Shown here one piece after another: positions 1 to 12,000 of a stretch of 64,000 nucleotides of DNA (within the stretch, counting starts at the first letter, position 1; the number at the start of each line of letters is the position of its first letter). The DNA comes from Lepidodermella squamata. Its lineage: Eukaryota; Animalia; Gastrotricha. The translations under genes and the position numbers were made by a program. Under the pieces are notes generated by a model. It was not told where the DNA came from, searched no databases, and was given only the letters and a program-made list of their open reading frames with translations. The stretch covers positions 1,240,001 through 1,304,000 of the forward strand of contig JBLDXI010000032.1 of assembly GCA_047495785.1 (NCBI GenBank), written 5' to 3'.

Positions 1-93
1 ATCGATTCTATTGCCTTCGTTGTATTCGCGGCTCTGCTGTGTGGCATCAACGGAGCTGCATTCTATTTGTTGAAAGCCAACACATCACAATGA
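1..93 (+). CDS. 3' end of a membrane-protein gene, probably the M4 helix of a Cys-loop ligand-gated ion channel (partial, starts before the window)
   Basis: Frame 1 reads IDSIAFVVFAALLCGINGAAFYLLKANTSQ*. The pattern (ID, hydrophobic helix, N..F/Y, stop) resembles the M4 end of the channel at 53220 (LLDIFAGMVAFEFVLALNLYFV). Confidence 0.4.
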   Translation: MDSIAFVVFAALLCGINGAAFYLLKANTSQ

Positions 94-675
94 ATAGCTT
101 CTAGCTGAACCATGAGCTGAACAAGATGAACAAGATCTGATACCTAAAAAATCCTGTAATAATAGTTTGATCAGTAAAGGTATTTCCTATAATGTGGAGC
201 ATGGAGTAATAGAATTGAGCCCGTTGTGTGATATCACGAACCTTTCAACTCTCGCCTTGCCGATGTCGAAAGTGGAGAATTCAAACATCTTAGACTGATT
301 GGGGTGAATTACTCCACAGCTTTGCCCTTTCAAGATTCTAGTGTTTCAACGATTGGTAAAACGGTGAAACGAAATGAACCATCCAAGCCACGTGATTATC
401 GCGGCTTTCCCACCAGCTAATTTTTCAAGGGTCAATAGTGTTGAATGTAGAATGCCGTTTTTGGCGACTTTACACATTTTCAGAAGGCATGGATAAATTT
501 GTTGTAAGCAGCAACCTCTCACTATTATATAGTACGCGATCAGCAACCTCCGAAATATCTTCTCAGTCTCGCCGAGGGATTAATGCTTCATACTCATAAT
601 CCACTTTGCATCAGCTGCATTCATCTCATTTCGCAACTAGTCATTGGACGCGGCAGAGGGCAGCTTATATATAAC

Positions 676-1090
676 ATGAGGCATTTGATATTACTATTCG
701 CTTTGGTTGCTTTGCTGGTGGATTCAGCTTTCAGTTGTTTTCGTCCTACAAAACCACCTAGCGACGATAACGGTTGGCCATCACGCAGGTATTGATCAGT
801 TCTCTCGATGATCATGCACTAATCCTCGAATCGTTTTGCAATAGACCAGTTGATCGTGATAGGTTCAGTGAGCGTTGCGGCTTCCATGATTCTACGAGGT
901 GCTTAAGAAGCGCATGCAGTAGCGGGCTGAGGCCTTCTACATGTCCTGTAAGAAAATTGGCCCCTAAAATTAGTAATTTTTACCTAGCAACCTCTATACG
1001 TTTCAGGAGCAGGCAGAATGCATTCCCATCTGCAACGGATGTCAAGCAGTTTTCGTTGACCGCGAAACTGGGGAGGAAATTTTTTGCTGA
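676..1090 (+). CDS. Small secreted cysteine-rich protein, 99 aa, 3 exons
   Basis: Exons 676-788, 845-947, 1007-1090 (GT-AG introns of 56 and 59 nt, phases join) give MRHLILLFALVALLVDSAFS-CFRPTKPPSDDNGWPSRRPVDRDRFSERCGFHDSTRCLRSACSSGLRPSTCPEQAECIPICNGCQAVFVDRETGEEIFC*. This is a signal peptide plus an 8-Cys C-terminal module. Confidence 0.75.
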
Positions 1091-1280
1091 ACAATAGAGT
1101 ATTGCGAGGCGATTTTTCGCCAAAATAACCTTCAAACATCTTGTTATGAAGATATCCATCAACTTTATTACAGCAGTGGTTTGACTAACAATATTTCTCG
1201 AATTAAATAACCGGGCGGACGATTATATATGTCCCAGAAATGGTTCCTGAATAGCAATTCACAATTAAGCGAAAATACGT

Positions 1281-3114
1281 TTATTTAACGTCAGGCGGAG
1301 GTTGGCATTTGTTGCAGTCATCCATCGCCTGAGTATGCTGTTCGACTTGCAGCGTCAAATCCGCAATGCCGTACTTTGTTTGCAAAATCCTACGACAACG
1401 TTGCAAAACTTCATCGTAAGTGAGCTGTTCCTCAGGTCTATCTGGTGCAAAACCAATGTGAGCTGAAGCCGCAACTTTCGAAACAGTCAACGCCCAGATT
1501 CGAAGGTTATGCACCGATTTGACCCCACGAACTTGAAGCAAATCCTTGGTCATCTTTTCATAATCAACGCCTTTGGGAGCGCCTGAAAAATATAAATTTT
1601 AGGAACAGGATAGAAAATGACTCTATACCAGCTCACCTTCCATTAGAATGTGGAACACGTCTCGCATGATGGTAATTGTCGTGAATAGGACAACAATAGA
1701 GAAAATGAAAGTGCAAATCGGGTCGGCTATCTTGAAATCCGGTTCGAAGTAGATAATCAGAGCCGCAATCATAACACCAATTGATTGACCCAAATCGCCA
1801 AGAATGTGAATCACAGCAGCTCTGACGTTCATGTCCGCCTCGCCCAAACCGCCTTCTTCATGTTCCTCCTCTTCGTGATCGTCATGGTGGCCCTGTTCAA
1901 CGTCTCCGTTCGGCCGGGGAGTCACGCTAAGGGAGAAAGTCTTCAAATGGCCTACAGTCTCAGGTTCTGCTGGGATTATCAAGTTATCTCCCTCAGTAAC
2001 GGGGCGGATTGATCGTTCAATTGATCTTTCGATATCTGAAGCGCCGATCGCTGAAACGACCTCCAAAGCTCGTTCGCCTGAACTTGTCCGTCTCCCCTCG
2101 TGTTCTGTCGTGCAGTTTGCGACAGGAGCCGCCTTTGCCGTGCCCAACTCAGGAATGCTTCCATACGTGGAAACCGATTCTTTCCTACTATGGCTGTGAC
2201 CGTGAGCAGCCCCGCCGTGAGCATGACCATGTCCGGACTTCTTACCACCACCTCCATGGCTGTGACCGTGACCTCCTCCTAATCCGTGAGAGTGACCGTG
2301 ACCCCTAAAATAGTTCGTTGAAATAAGAAACTTAGAGATGAATCGTCCTTACCCATGTTGAAGTTGGATGCCCATGACTAGATTGATACCAACACCGAGA
2401 CTTGAAGTGATCAGCATGATTTGAGCCTCAATTTCGTACGACTCGGAAATGATACGCTCCACGGCCATGAACACAAGAATAGCCGTGATGCCCCAGACTA
2501 GAAGAACCGAAATCAACGCACCAAGAACTTCAGCTCGGTACCAGCCAAAAGTCAACCGCCTAGTCGCTGGACGGCGGGCCAGAGTGATAGCAGCGACACT
2601 GATGCCGAATCCGACGAGATCGGTGAGTAAATGAAGCGCGTCAGTCATGATGGCAAGGGAATTGGAGATAAGCCCTCCCGCGATCTCAGCCCCCATGAAG
2701 CACAGACAAAGGACGCAAGCTATCAGAAGCTTACGGCGGGAGACCCCAGACGTATCAACCTCCTCAACTGCGTCCTCATGGCCTATTTTTGAAATATAAT
2801 AACATTGAATTGATCTTTTAAGGATGCTTACAATGAGGTGTCGCAGCTCCTGAAGCAATCGGGGTGGTTTTATCGGATCCTGAATCAGCAGATCCACTTC
2901 GGTCTCGATTCAGGCTCTTTGCAGTGTCATGGCTGTGACCATGCCCACCCCCGTGACTATGCCCGTGACCACCGCCGTGGCTGTGACCATGTCCTGAAGC
3001 AGCAGACTTTCCATGGCTATGGCCGTGTCCTATATCGACATTCGTATTGGTTATTGCCGCTTTTGAGGCAGGTGTCGACTCATCTTCTTCAACTAAGTGA
3101 CGTCTATCGTCCAT
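1281..3114 (-). CDS. Cation diffusion facilitator zinc transporter, ZnT2/3/4/8 (SLC30A2-like) subfamily
   Basis: Exons 3114-2832, 2782-2353, 2304-1637, 1582-1281. Motifs: HCH before TM1, [14 protein letters not shown] (TM2 HxxxD), [24 protein letters not shown] (TM5 HxxxD), [38 protein letters not shown] repeats occur in the N-terminus and the TM4-5 loop. Confidence 0.95.
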
Positions 3115-4311
3115 TCTACAAAAATCAAGGGTGGTTATAGTGCTGCAAAACTGGAAAAAATTCGATAATAACCCTTATTAAGGCTGAGAACTCGACTGGA
3201 ATAATTGGTTAAAATGATAAGATATAACTTTCCACTTCTTATTCACGAGTTAATGTTGGTATATCGTGAAACAGGCTCGTATAACCTATATGCGTTATCT
3301 CGGCGTGGATGTATCAAGTGTTTCCTTATCTATCAGCAGTGTCGGTGTATTATGCTTGACTGTGTCGAACAAATACCTGCGGCCCCCACGACCTGCTTTC
3401 GCCTCGCAGAGTGTGATAAGAGATTACATGCGTGTACGTTGTCAAAACAATGCTCACACTCAGGATCGAACATAAAAAGCCGGGCACATTCTCTGTATAA
3501 TCAAGGGTGGTTTTTTCGTTACAATCATGTATAATCGGGAATTAACGCTATTCGGCGGGCATGAAGACGGAAATTAGCCGAAATTGCTTGTTTATTCAAC
3601 GATACGAAAACTTGTTAGAAATTGATGGTGGTCACTTCATTACTTCATCCGATCTTTGAAAAGGAAAAATGACGGCAAGAAAAAGCCTGTGATTCATGGC
3701 TTGTGAGATTTCCTATATCAAGAGCGGTTAGTCTCGAAATGGCAAACTTCGGGAGCGAAAGAGTTCAGTAAATTTGCTTGCGGTTTTACTCATCCTGTTT
3801 TGCTATCCTGATGGTTGCGTTATCGGTGATTTTCGGATCAAAAGTGAAACCATTAATTGTGTTACCATGAGCCTTTTTATTAAATTGGGCTGATTGATGA
3901 ATTATGATTTTTTATCCACTTTATCGTCGCCCTCTCAGTCAACTCTAATCAAACTCCGGAGTGTTCATGCGCAGTTAACACATAGCCAAATTAATCTTTA
4001 CAGAAGTGTTTTCAGCCGCTGATCCAATGGGCAAACATCTCAAACGCCCTCATTTTCGTATTGGGACGTATTCGATCGTCTCCATTCGGGATTAGCGGAT
4101 CCGGCCCGGTCTATTTTTATCTCACTGATGCCCAAGACCAACATGAGCGAAAAATTGTGCGCTGATATGAGTCGATATACTGAGCCGGCACGCGTCATCA
4201 GCTCAAATAACACGCTTAGGCGACTTATAATATTCGGTTCCATACGACCAGCAAGGCTCATTACTATCATTTGTCCGCCCCTGTGTACTATTAGTCTCAG
4301 GCCTTTACATG

Positions 4312-4334
4312 GAGTGAGTGAGTGAGTGAGTGAG
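4312..4334 (+). repeat. (GAGT)n tetranucleotide run, equivalent to tandem GTGAGT splice-donor consensus copies
   Basis: gagtgagtgagtgagtgagtgag read directly from the sequence. Confidence 0.8.
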
Positions 4335-4792
4335 ATACAAGAAATGAACCGAGAGCCACGGGCGGTTTGCTCGGCGTCTTATAGTGTGCGCGCGCGCGTG
4401 CGCAACAGCCCACAAATTGGATCTATCATTTTTCTGCGCGGCACACATTGAAAAAAAGCGTGCGATCGATGCGCGCGCGCGCAACAGGGTGTTTGATCAT
4501 ACGCGCACAACGAGACGGCGAACGACGACGACGGCGAAGACGAGAGCAGCAGCAGCCGCAGCAGATCCCGCTGTGGATTGGGCGGGGGTTCGGCGAACGC
4601 TGGCGCCGAAACAATGATGATGAAGATGGCGACTTCATTATTATTATTATTATTAATACGGCGCCGGCGAAATAATCTTTTCGCTTCATGTTTTACAAAT
4701 TACCAATTTTACGGACAAGTCGGCTGTGAATTCTTGCATATAAAAATTTGCGACGCATCCTTTTGCTATATACGCGTTCTTGTGTTAGTGTA

Positions 4793-5047
4793 GCTTAGGG
4801 ATAAAGCGAGGAAGAAGAAGATAATTCAGTATTCAGCATTCAGCCGCGAAAGCTACCATTATGATACGCAATAATAATCATCATCACTCGCCATACAGCG
4901 CCCGAATATATTCGAAAATAAATTTGCGGTTTGTTCTTGTAATAATAACAACGACAAAAGTGATAATAGTAGTGGTATAATAATGCAAAAGTCGACAGAT
5001 GCGTGCGACTTCTTATTCTTCTTCCTTCCTCGCACATAGCCCTAAGC
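4793..5047. repeat. Imperfect ~33-bp inverted repeat (stem-loop) upstream of VAChT
   Basis: 4793-4824 gcttagggataaagcgaggaagaagaagataa versus the reverse complement of 5013-5047, gcttagggctatgtgcgaggaaggaagaagaataa. Confidence 0.7.
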
Positions 5048-6225
5048 GCAATCGCCTGTTCGCGCAACTGCGCCCGCGCAGTGTCAGAAAATTATGGTCA
5101 TTTGTTAGAAAAAATTTACTTTTGATTCATCAATTTCCAGGTCAAATAAAGGTGATGTAGAAATAACAATTTTATTTTTAAGCCGGATTTTTAAAAAATC
5201 GCACATCGTACAAATTAAGGGGATTATTTATATGAATTTATTATTACAGTAGCTGTGGGCTGCGATTGGTTCCAACTAAGGTGCCTAGATGGTAAATTGC
5301 TTGATAATCAATATCTATTTTAAACGCAACATTTGATTGATTTCCCCCCGCTGCGCCTACCTAGGTCAATTGCTTTGATCTTCATCGCATAGCCAAGGTC
5401 CAGGCTTCCTTATTATTATCATAATTATTATTGCGGGCGCAACACGCACTTGAGCGCATACTTTGAATTATTCAAGGCACATTTTTTTCTTACAGACACC
5501 TATAATATGTTATACAATTAAATTTGTGGAAGAAATAAGATATTACACCATAATGCAATTATTATTATTAACGTGCCGGTTTCGTAGGTACTACCTTTGC
5601 ATTTTGCTGTCGCCTTGCCTTGTGTAAGATGGTATAGAAGACGGTGGAGGAGGCCAACAGAAAATCAATCAAGCGTGTCAATATTAGCGCTTGCGGCACC
5701 AAAAACGAAGCATCACGCGTTGTTCGCACCTTCGATTCGCGCTCACGCAAAAATATTCGCACATTTTATACGCATGCCTATTGGGTATTTTTATCATCGC
5801 CTATTCACTTTATTACATTGAAGATTGAAGTATAACACAACACGGGTGTGATGGGTGAAATACGAAATATTCTCTGCGTTAATTCTTAAAACACCCACCG
5901 TCGTTTACCCATCCCCCTTATATATATCCGATTTATATCAATAATGCGCACGTGAAAAAAAATCCTCCTTAAAAAAATCAAACTCTCAGCTACGCAATAA
6001 AAATCGCTCCTACTCACACCGATGAAGTTCTGTTACTGTCTGTAAATCATGATTTGACCTGCTCATGATTGACAATTCTTGCTCTTCCTGTCCTATTATT
6101 TTTGAAAAAATCAGGAATAATCTATCTTAAATATTGTACGCCAAATTATTTTTTTAGTAATTTATTTGTCATTTTTTCGGCATAACGGCGTCTGATCAGG
6201 CGATTCGTGTCCTCAGCTCGCGACA

Positions 6226-9040
6226 ATGCCTGTGCTGCCGATAACCGGGAAGTATGTCCACGTGCCCATCATCGACGACATGGATCGGGCGGCGTGGAAG
6301 GACTGGGTCAACCGCAAGATCGAGGAGCCAAAATCGCAGCGCAAACTCGTCCTTGTCATTGTCGCCATCGCCCTGCTGCTCGACAACATGCTGTACATGG
6401 TCATCGTGCCCATCATACCCGAGTACATTCGGCAGATGGGCGACTACGAGGAGGTTATGAACATTTCCGTACCGATCCTTACCACGAAACCGCCGTTCGA
6501 TGCGACCAAAGTAACACGGCGAAGAACAACTACAACAACGGCGTCGCCTAATTTTCTTATAGAGTCTAATTGCACTCGTGTTGACTACATCTTAACTGCT
6601 GCCGAGGAAAAGGTAATCATCACGAAATTATTTATTGCTTGAACCAAATTTTAAGGAAGAAAATTCATTCGATAATGACCTTATTTTGTGTCTGCATTTT
6701 ATTATCCATCGGCTTATCATTAAAATGGCCAATGTCTGGGTCAAACTCATAAAAAGAGGCCGGTGACCTCAACATGCCGGTTTTATTGCCAGCAAATGAC
6801 CTAGAATCGCACTTTTAGGTTGAGCTCGCAATTCCTTAAGAAATAGGTCAAAATTATAACAGATAAATTTTGTTCGAAAATAATCCTCCTTAATTTGTTT
6901 TTACATTTTATCCAACTCAATTTTTATCATGTTTTCATTTGATAGGCGCTGAGGAAAAAAGGAAGTGGAAAGTTTTTGGAATACGCTGGCAATTCGACGT
7001 TTATTTGCGCGTATGAAGAACGCGTCATTCAAGAGCACGCTCTGCAACCGGCAACAGACGATGGCAACAGCTCTTTCCTACAACAAGTCAACTGGACAGT
7101 CGTCATCAACCGCGGCGCTGAAAATCAAGCCATCGGCCTGTTGTTCGCATCAAAAGCCATCGTTCAAATTCTAGTCGGCCCGTTTGCCGGAACGGTCATC
7201 GACAAGGTCGGCTATGACCGGCCAATGATGTTCGGCTTGGGCGTTATTTTCTTCTCAACGGTCATGTTCGCGTTCGGCACGTCCTACCCTGTTATGTTCA
7301 TCGCGCGAAGTTTACAGGGCATCGGATCGGCGTTCGCTGATACCTCAGGCCTGGCTATGATTGCTGATCGGTTTACGGAAGAAGCCGAACGGACTAAGGC
7401 ACTTGGAATCGCTCTAGCTTTCATTTCCTTTGGGTAAGCCTACCTTAAAAAACCACCCTAATTTTAAGTTTATATTTTAGATGCCTTGTCGCGCCCCCGT
7501 TTGGCGGTATTCTGTACCAGTTCTTCGGCAAGGCCATTCCCTTCCTCGCTCTGGCCCTCATCGCGCTCCTCGACGGCATTTTAATGCTCATCGTAACCGC
7601 TCCGATTCGCCGCGAACGCAACGCAAAGGCGGAAAGCAAAGAACTTCCAACCGGCACGCCCATCTACATGCTGTTCCTCGACCCTTACATCGCCGTGTCA
7701 GCCGGCGCCCTGGCCATGGCCAACGTGTCGCTGGCCTTCCTCGAGCCGACCATTGCCCTGTGGATGAAGGACACAATGGACGCTCAGGAGTGGCAGATGG
7801 GCCTCATTTGGCTGCCTGGGTTCTTCCCGCACGTGCTCGGCGTCTTCATCACCGTTATTCTAGCGAAGAAGTACCCGCACTACCAGTGGCTGATGGCGGC
7901 CGGCGGGCTGGCGCTCGAGGGCGCTATGTGCCTTTTCATTCCGTTCTGCACGGCTTTCTGGGCGCTCTGCATCCCCATCATGGGCATTTGCTTCGGCATC
8001 GCGCTCGTCGACACTGCCCTGCTGCCGATGTTGGCGTTCCTCGTCGACGTGCGGCACACCAGTGTCTACGGCAGTGTCTACGCTATTGCCGATATTTCAT
8101 ACTCTTTAGCTTACTCTTTCGGCCCTATTGTTGCTGGTGAGTTCATTCAGCTTGAAAATATACTAATTTAAGATAATGATAGGATTCCAGATTTGGCTAC
8201 AAAAAATAAACGCGTTAAATTCAAGAGAATTAAGAATATTACTGGAGGCTGCATAATTTATTAAATTATTAGTTTAAAAATTTTGAGAAAATTAAGAAAG
8301 CTGCCTTAAAAAGTGGAAATTTATCGAAATTTCAAAAAATTAGAAGAGAAAGCCCCGATTGAATTTTTAAAACTACTGGAAAAATCGCTGAAAAGTTCGG
8401 TAAAATTCTGGATTATCTGAGGCTTTAAAAATGTTTGGAATATATTTCTTTGATTTTCTTTACAATGGCGAGGCAATTTCGCTAGTTTTTCCTATAATTC
8501 CAAAAAATAATGAAAATGCTGAATTTAATATTTTCGAAAAATTCTCGCACTTCGCTAAATTCATAGAAAATTTGAAATGAATCCAAAATTGGAAATCCTG
8601 AATTTCTAAGAATTTCTTTATTGAGAATCTAGCATTCAATTTCTCTAAAAATGGGTAAATTGTTGTTTTTCCTATTTTTTTCAGGTAGCCTAGTGGCGGC
8701 TGTTGGCTTTACTTGGTTGAATGTAGTTACCTTCCTAACAAATATCGGCTATGCACCGCTGCTGTTGGTCGAGCGCAACATCTACGACATGAAGAGGCCA
8801 GGAGAAGCCGATGCAGAGGCGCAAGATCGCGCTAACAAGGCGGCGACACAGGCGCTCATCGACGGCGCCATCGCCCCCGGCACCAACCCGGAAACGCAGG
8901 CGTTACGGCAGCCCGGCGAGGCCTACTACGGCGGAACGGCGGCCGAGCAACAGCCTGGCCTGAGCGCAACTAATTACAACGCATATGACTACCAATCGCA
9001 ACAGCAGCATCAACCTGGTTACGATCAACAAGGCTGGTAA
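6226..9040 (+). CDS. SLC18A3: Vesicular acetylcholine transporter
   Basis: Exons 6226-6612, 6946-7433, 7481-8136, 8685-9040. Motifs: [105 protein letters not shown]. Lies directly upstream of ChAT on the same strand. Confidence 0.97.
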
Positions 9041-12000
9041 TCGCAGAAAATTAGGATAAATAAATAAAATTGACGACGAATAGGCCTCTGAAAAAAAACG
9101 TTGAACCTTCTCAAATTGTCATCACTGTCTCATGCGTCTATATAATATCTTCGTCCAGTTTGTTAGCAAAAATCCTGATTTCTTCTCTTTTTATTTATTG
9201 AATTTTGTATATGGAACTGATGCGTGCTTGGGTTGAGGAAGGGTGGAGCTTGGAAAACACGTTATGAGGCGCTATCACCCGGTTTCAACTAGCGAGTTTT
9301 TCGCGCAAAGAAATTACATAACAATATATATGAAATGTACAGCATCGAACCTCATTGCATAAAATACGTCTTGCTTTAATCGAAGCTTGATTCTGGACGT
9401 TTTTTTCGACGAAAATATTCCTAATCAAATTTCGTGTAAAAAATATTTTTTTGAATGTCAGTGCCACGTTGTTATTTCTTTTTTTGCAAAATTTTCGTGT
9501 CAATCTGTATATTGATAAAATCTGGTTGTTTTATTGCCATGTCTTGATTAGTGAAATGAAAAACTTCTTAAATTATATATTCGTAAAATATATCTGGAAC
9601 TCCGGCTAACTGATAATCAAACATTGACGAATGTATTATATAAATCAAAAATCTCTATTTGTGAATGTGAAAAATCTGAAGTCGGCAACGCGAAATGAGT
9701 AAAATTCAAGGACAATGGAAATTTTATTGGGTAATTTTTCTCAGTCATCCTAAATTTGGAAGAGGTAGAAGATCAGAAAGAGCGAATTTCGGAAAAATTC
9801 GTGGCTGAAAGCTGATTCCTGACTTTTATTGACCAGTGATGCTCATAAGTATTCGAAAACATCGTCAATTTATCATTATCAATCATCGATGCGGTGCCAC
9901 AGCGGTCAGCTAATCGAACCCTGTAGAGTTGACTTGCGGGATAATAACATGATAATAACAGCGTGCCTTTCGCGCGATTTGTAAAAATGGGTCACATAGC
10001 ACAACGATGCGCGCATAGCTAATTATCATTTATAAAGGGGGCGAAATCACGACCGGCGGCATTGTCATCTTGCGGTCATCTTATGTTGTTTGCGTATAAA
10101 CAGAATAACACCATGCAAAACCACTCGAGAGACTCATCTTGATGAGCGATTTAACTTTACTTTGAACAATATGCTTGAGCGCGGCAATAACCGGCTCCTT
10201 TTTTTTATCGAGTGTGAAGTGGTGACTGAATATTGCCCCACTGTCACACTTGTCACACGTTGGAGTTATCGATTGAACTCTGGATTCTTTTGTGTTATTA
10301 ACTTCATGTTTAAAGCCACTTCGGACAAATTGCTGCTAAATTTTTTAAAAGCGACGATTGCCATAATGTAGCATTTAGCCTATATAAGCTCAAATCCTTT
10401 TCGTAAGTCGATGCGATCACCTATTCGGACTTGTCCCACAGTAGAACCCGTTTCAAACTATCCGAATTTGGAACAAATTAAGTAATTAGATGTGATAGAG
10501 ATTATAATCATTATAATCATTATAATAATATAAGATGATCTTAACCTTTTCGTGTTCGTAAGGCCGATTCAGAATTCAGAGTTTAAATAATTACTCCGCA
10601 GTCAAATTTATGAATATTCGATTCCCCGCTTGGGGCTTGGTAATTTTTTACCCGAAAGTTCAGGCAGGCCGATATCTCGCACCGTTTGGTCACGGTTAAG
10701 AGTTTGAACTTAACAATTGAAGCGAAGATTTTTTCTCCACACTCGATAGCATTAACTTCTCTTCTATGATTTTACAAAAATAGAAATACCAGTGTTCATA
10801 GTCTCATTCACGGCTCCACAACTTTGTATGAATTATTGTCCAAAACAAGATGCCACTTTGTAAACATAAAAAATGGGCTAGTTCGCACTTTCCAGGTGCC
10901 CGGCATATATTTAAAAAAGCTCCCACACGCACTGCGCGGTATCAAAAGCGCAAACGTTGTTTGATTTTCCCTTTTTTGAGTTCACATTAGCTTAACCTGA
11001 CAAAATTGTCCATTCGGCCAAATAACTTGCGAATGACAACAATTATTTGGGTCATTTTAAGCGTCGTGCCGAAAAGCTGAATTCAGCTGGACCGTAAAAA
11101 AGGCGATTTCGATCACTATTCGCGGTGATAAATAGAACAAAACGGGCTTTTTAACCGCAATCAGGACAAAAAGTGTACTCTCTCGCTCTGGCCATGAAAG
11201 GGTTATATTGATCGGCTCTGCCATTTTAAGCCTGTCCATTGCGTCGAGTTCACTTATGTAACTTATACTCCTATACGAAGCTTATATAGCTTCTTGGTTG
11301 GTTTCAACGCGATCTTATACAACCCCCAATCGCATTAATTTTTCATTGAAGACAAACGTTCACTTTTACACGTGCATTAAAGCTACGTTATCACGCGTTC
11401 ATTGTTAAAAAAAGTTATAGTACGCGGTTTCTATATCGCTGTAATTCCGTTAAACAAACAAAATGTAGGCAAATATTACAATCTTATTCTTTCGGCTCCA
11501 AGCAACAGGGTGGATCGAATGGCTGAGAAAAAGAGCAATTCGACCCACAAAAATGCTCTGTTTCGAATTAAGACACTACTTTGTTACCGGACAAAACTTG
11601 ATAGCTGGCTTGAAGTTGCATTTTTACGATCTCCTTTTCAATTTATTTTCAAAAAAATTAATCCGGCATATTAACTGGTACTGTGATGTCTGGGAATAAA
11701 CGTAAGCCGAACGCATTAGTCTGCCTTCATTGTTTTGCGTTCGATCGAAGCCTCATTTAGACCATATTTTCTATAAAAGAATAGGCGGCAACCTGCGCGA
11801 TTTCCAATCCAGCTTGCAATGCTATTGCCTCGATTTCCAGCTTAATACGAGCTCAAATCAATTAATTCGATCTTGATCTCGAATCGATCGCTTCGAGAGG
11901 CTCGATTTTTCGCCCAAGTAGACACCTTAGCACCATGCAATTTTTTATGGTATATTCAGCTTCAGTCGTTGCTTCAGTGCGAGAGTGCAAAAACAAGTAA

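Noticed and set aside
2180-3030. Repeated gtgaccgtg/ggctgtgacc units resembling a spaced repeat array
   Set aside because: They encode the HGHSH repeats of the zinc transporter. This is eukaryotic coding sequence, not a CRISPR-like array.
4300-6225. COE/UNC-3 site (TCCCNNGGGA) expected for cholinergic genes
   Set aside because: No convincing match found by eye upstream of VAChT.
7481-8140. 219-aa alternative-frame ORF overlapping VAChT exon 3
   Set aside because: Shadow frame caused by GC-rich codon usage; its ATG is simply the splice-acceptor junction.
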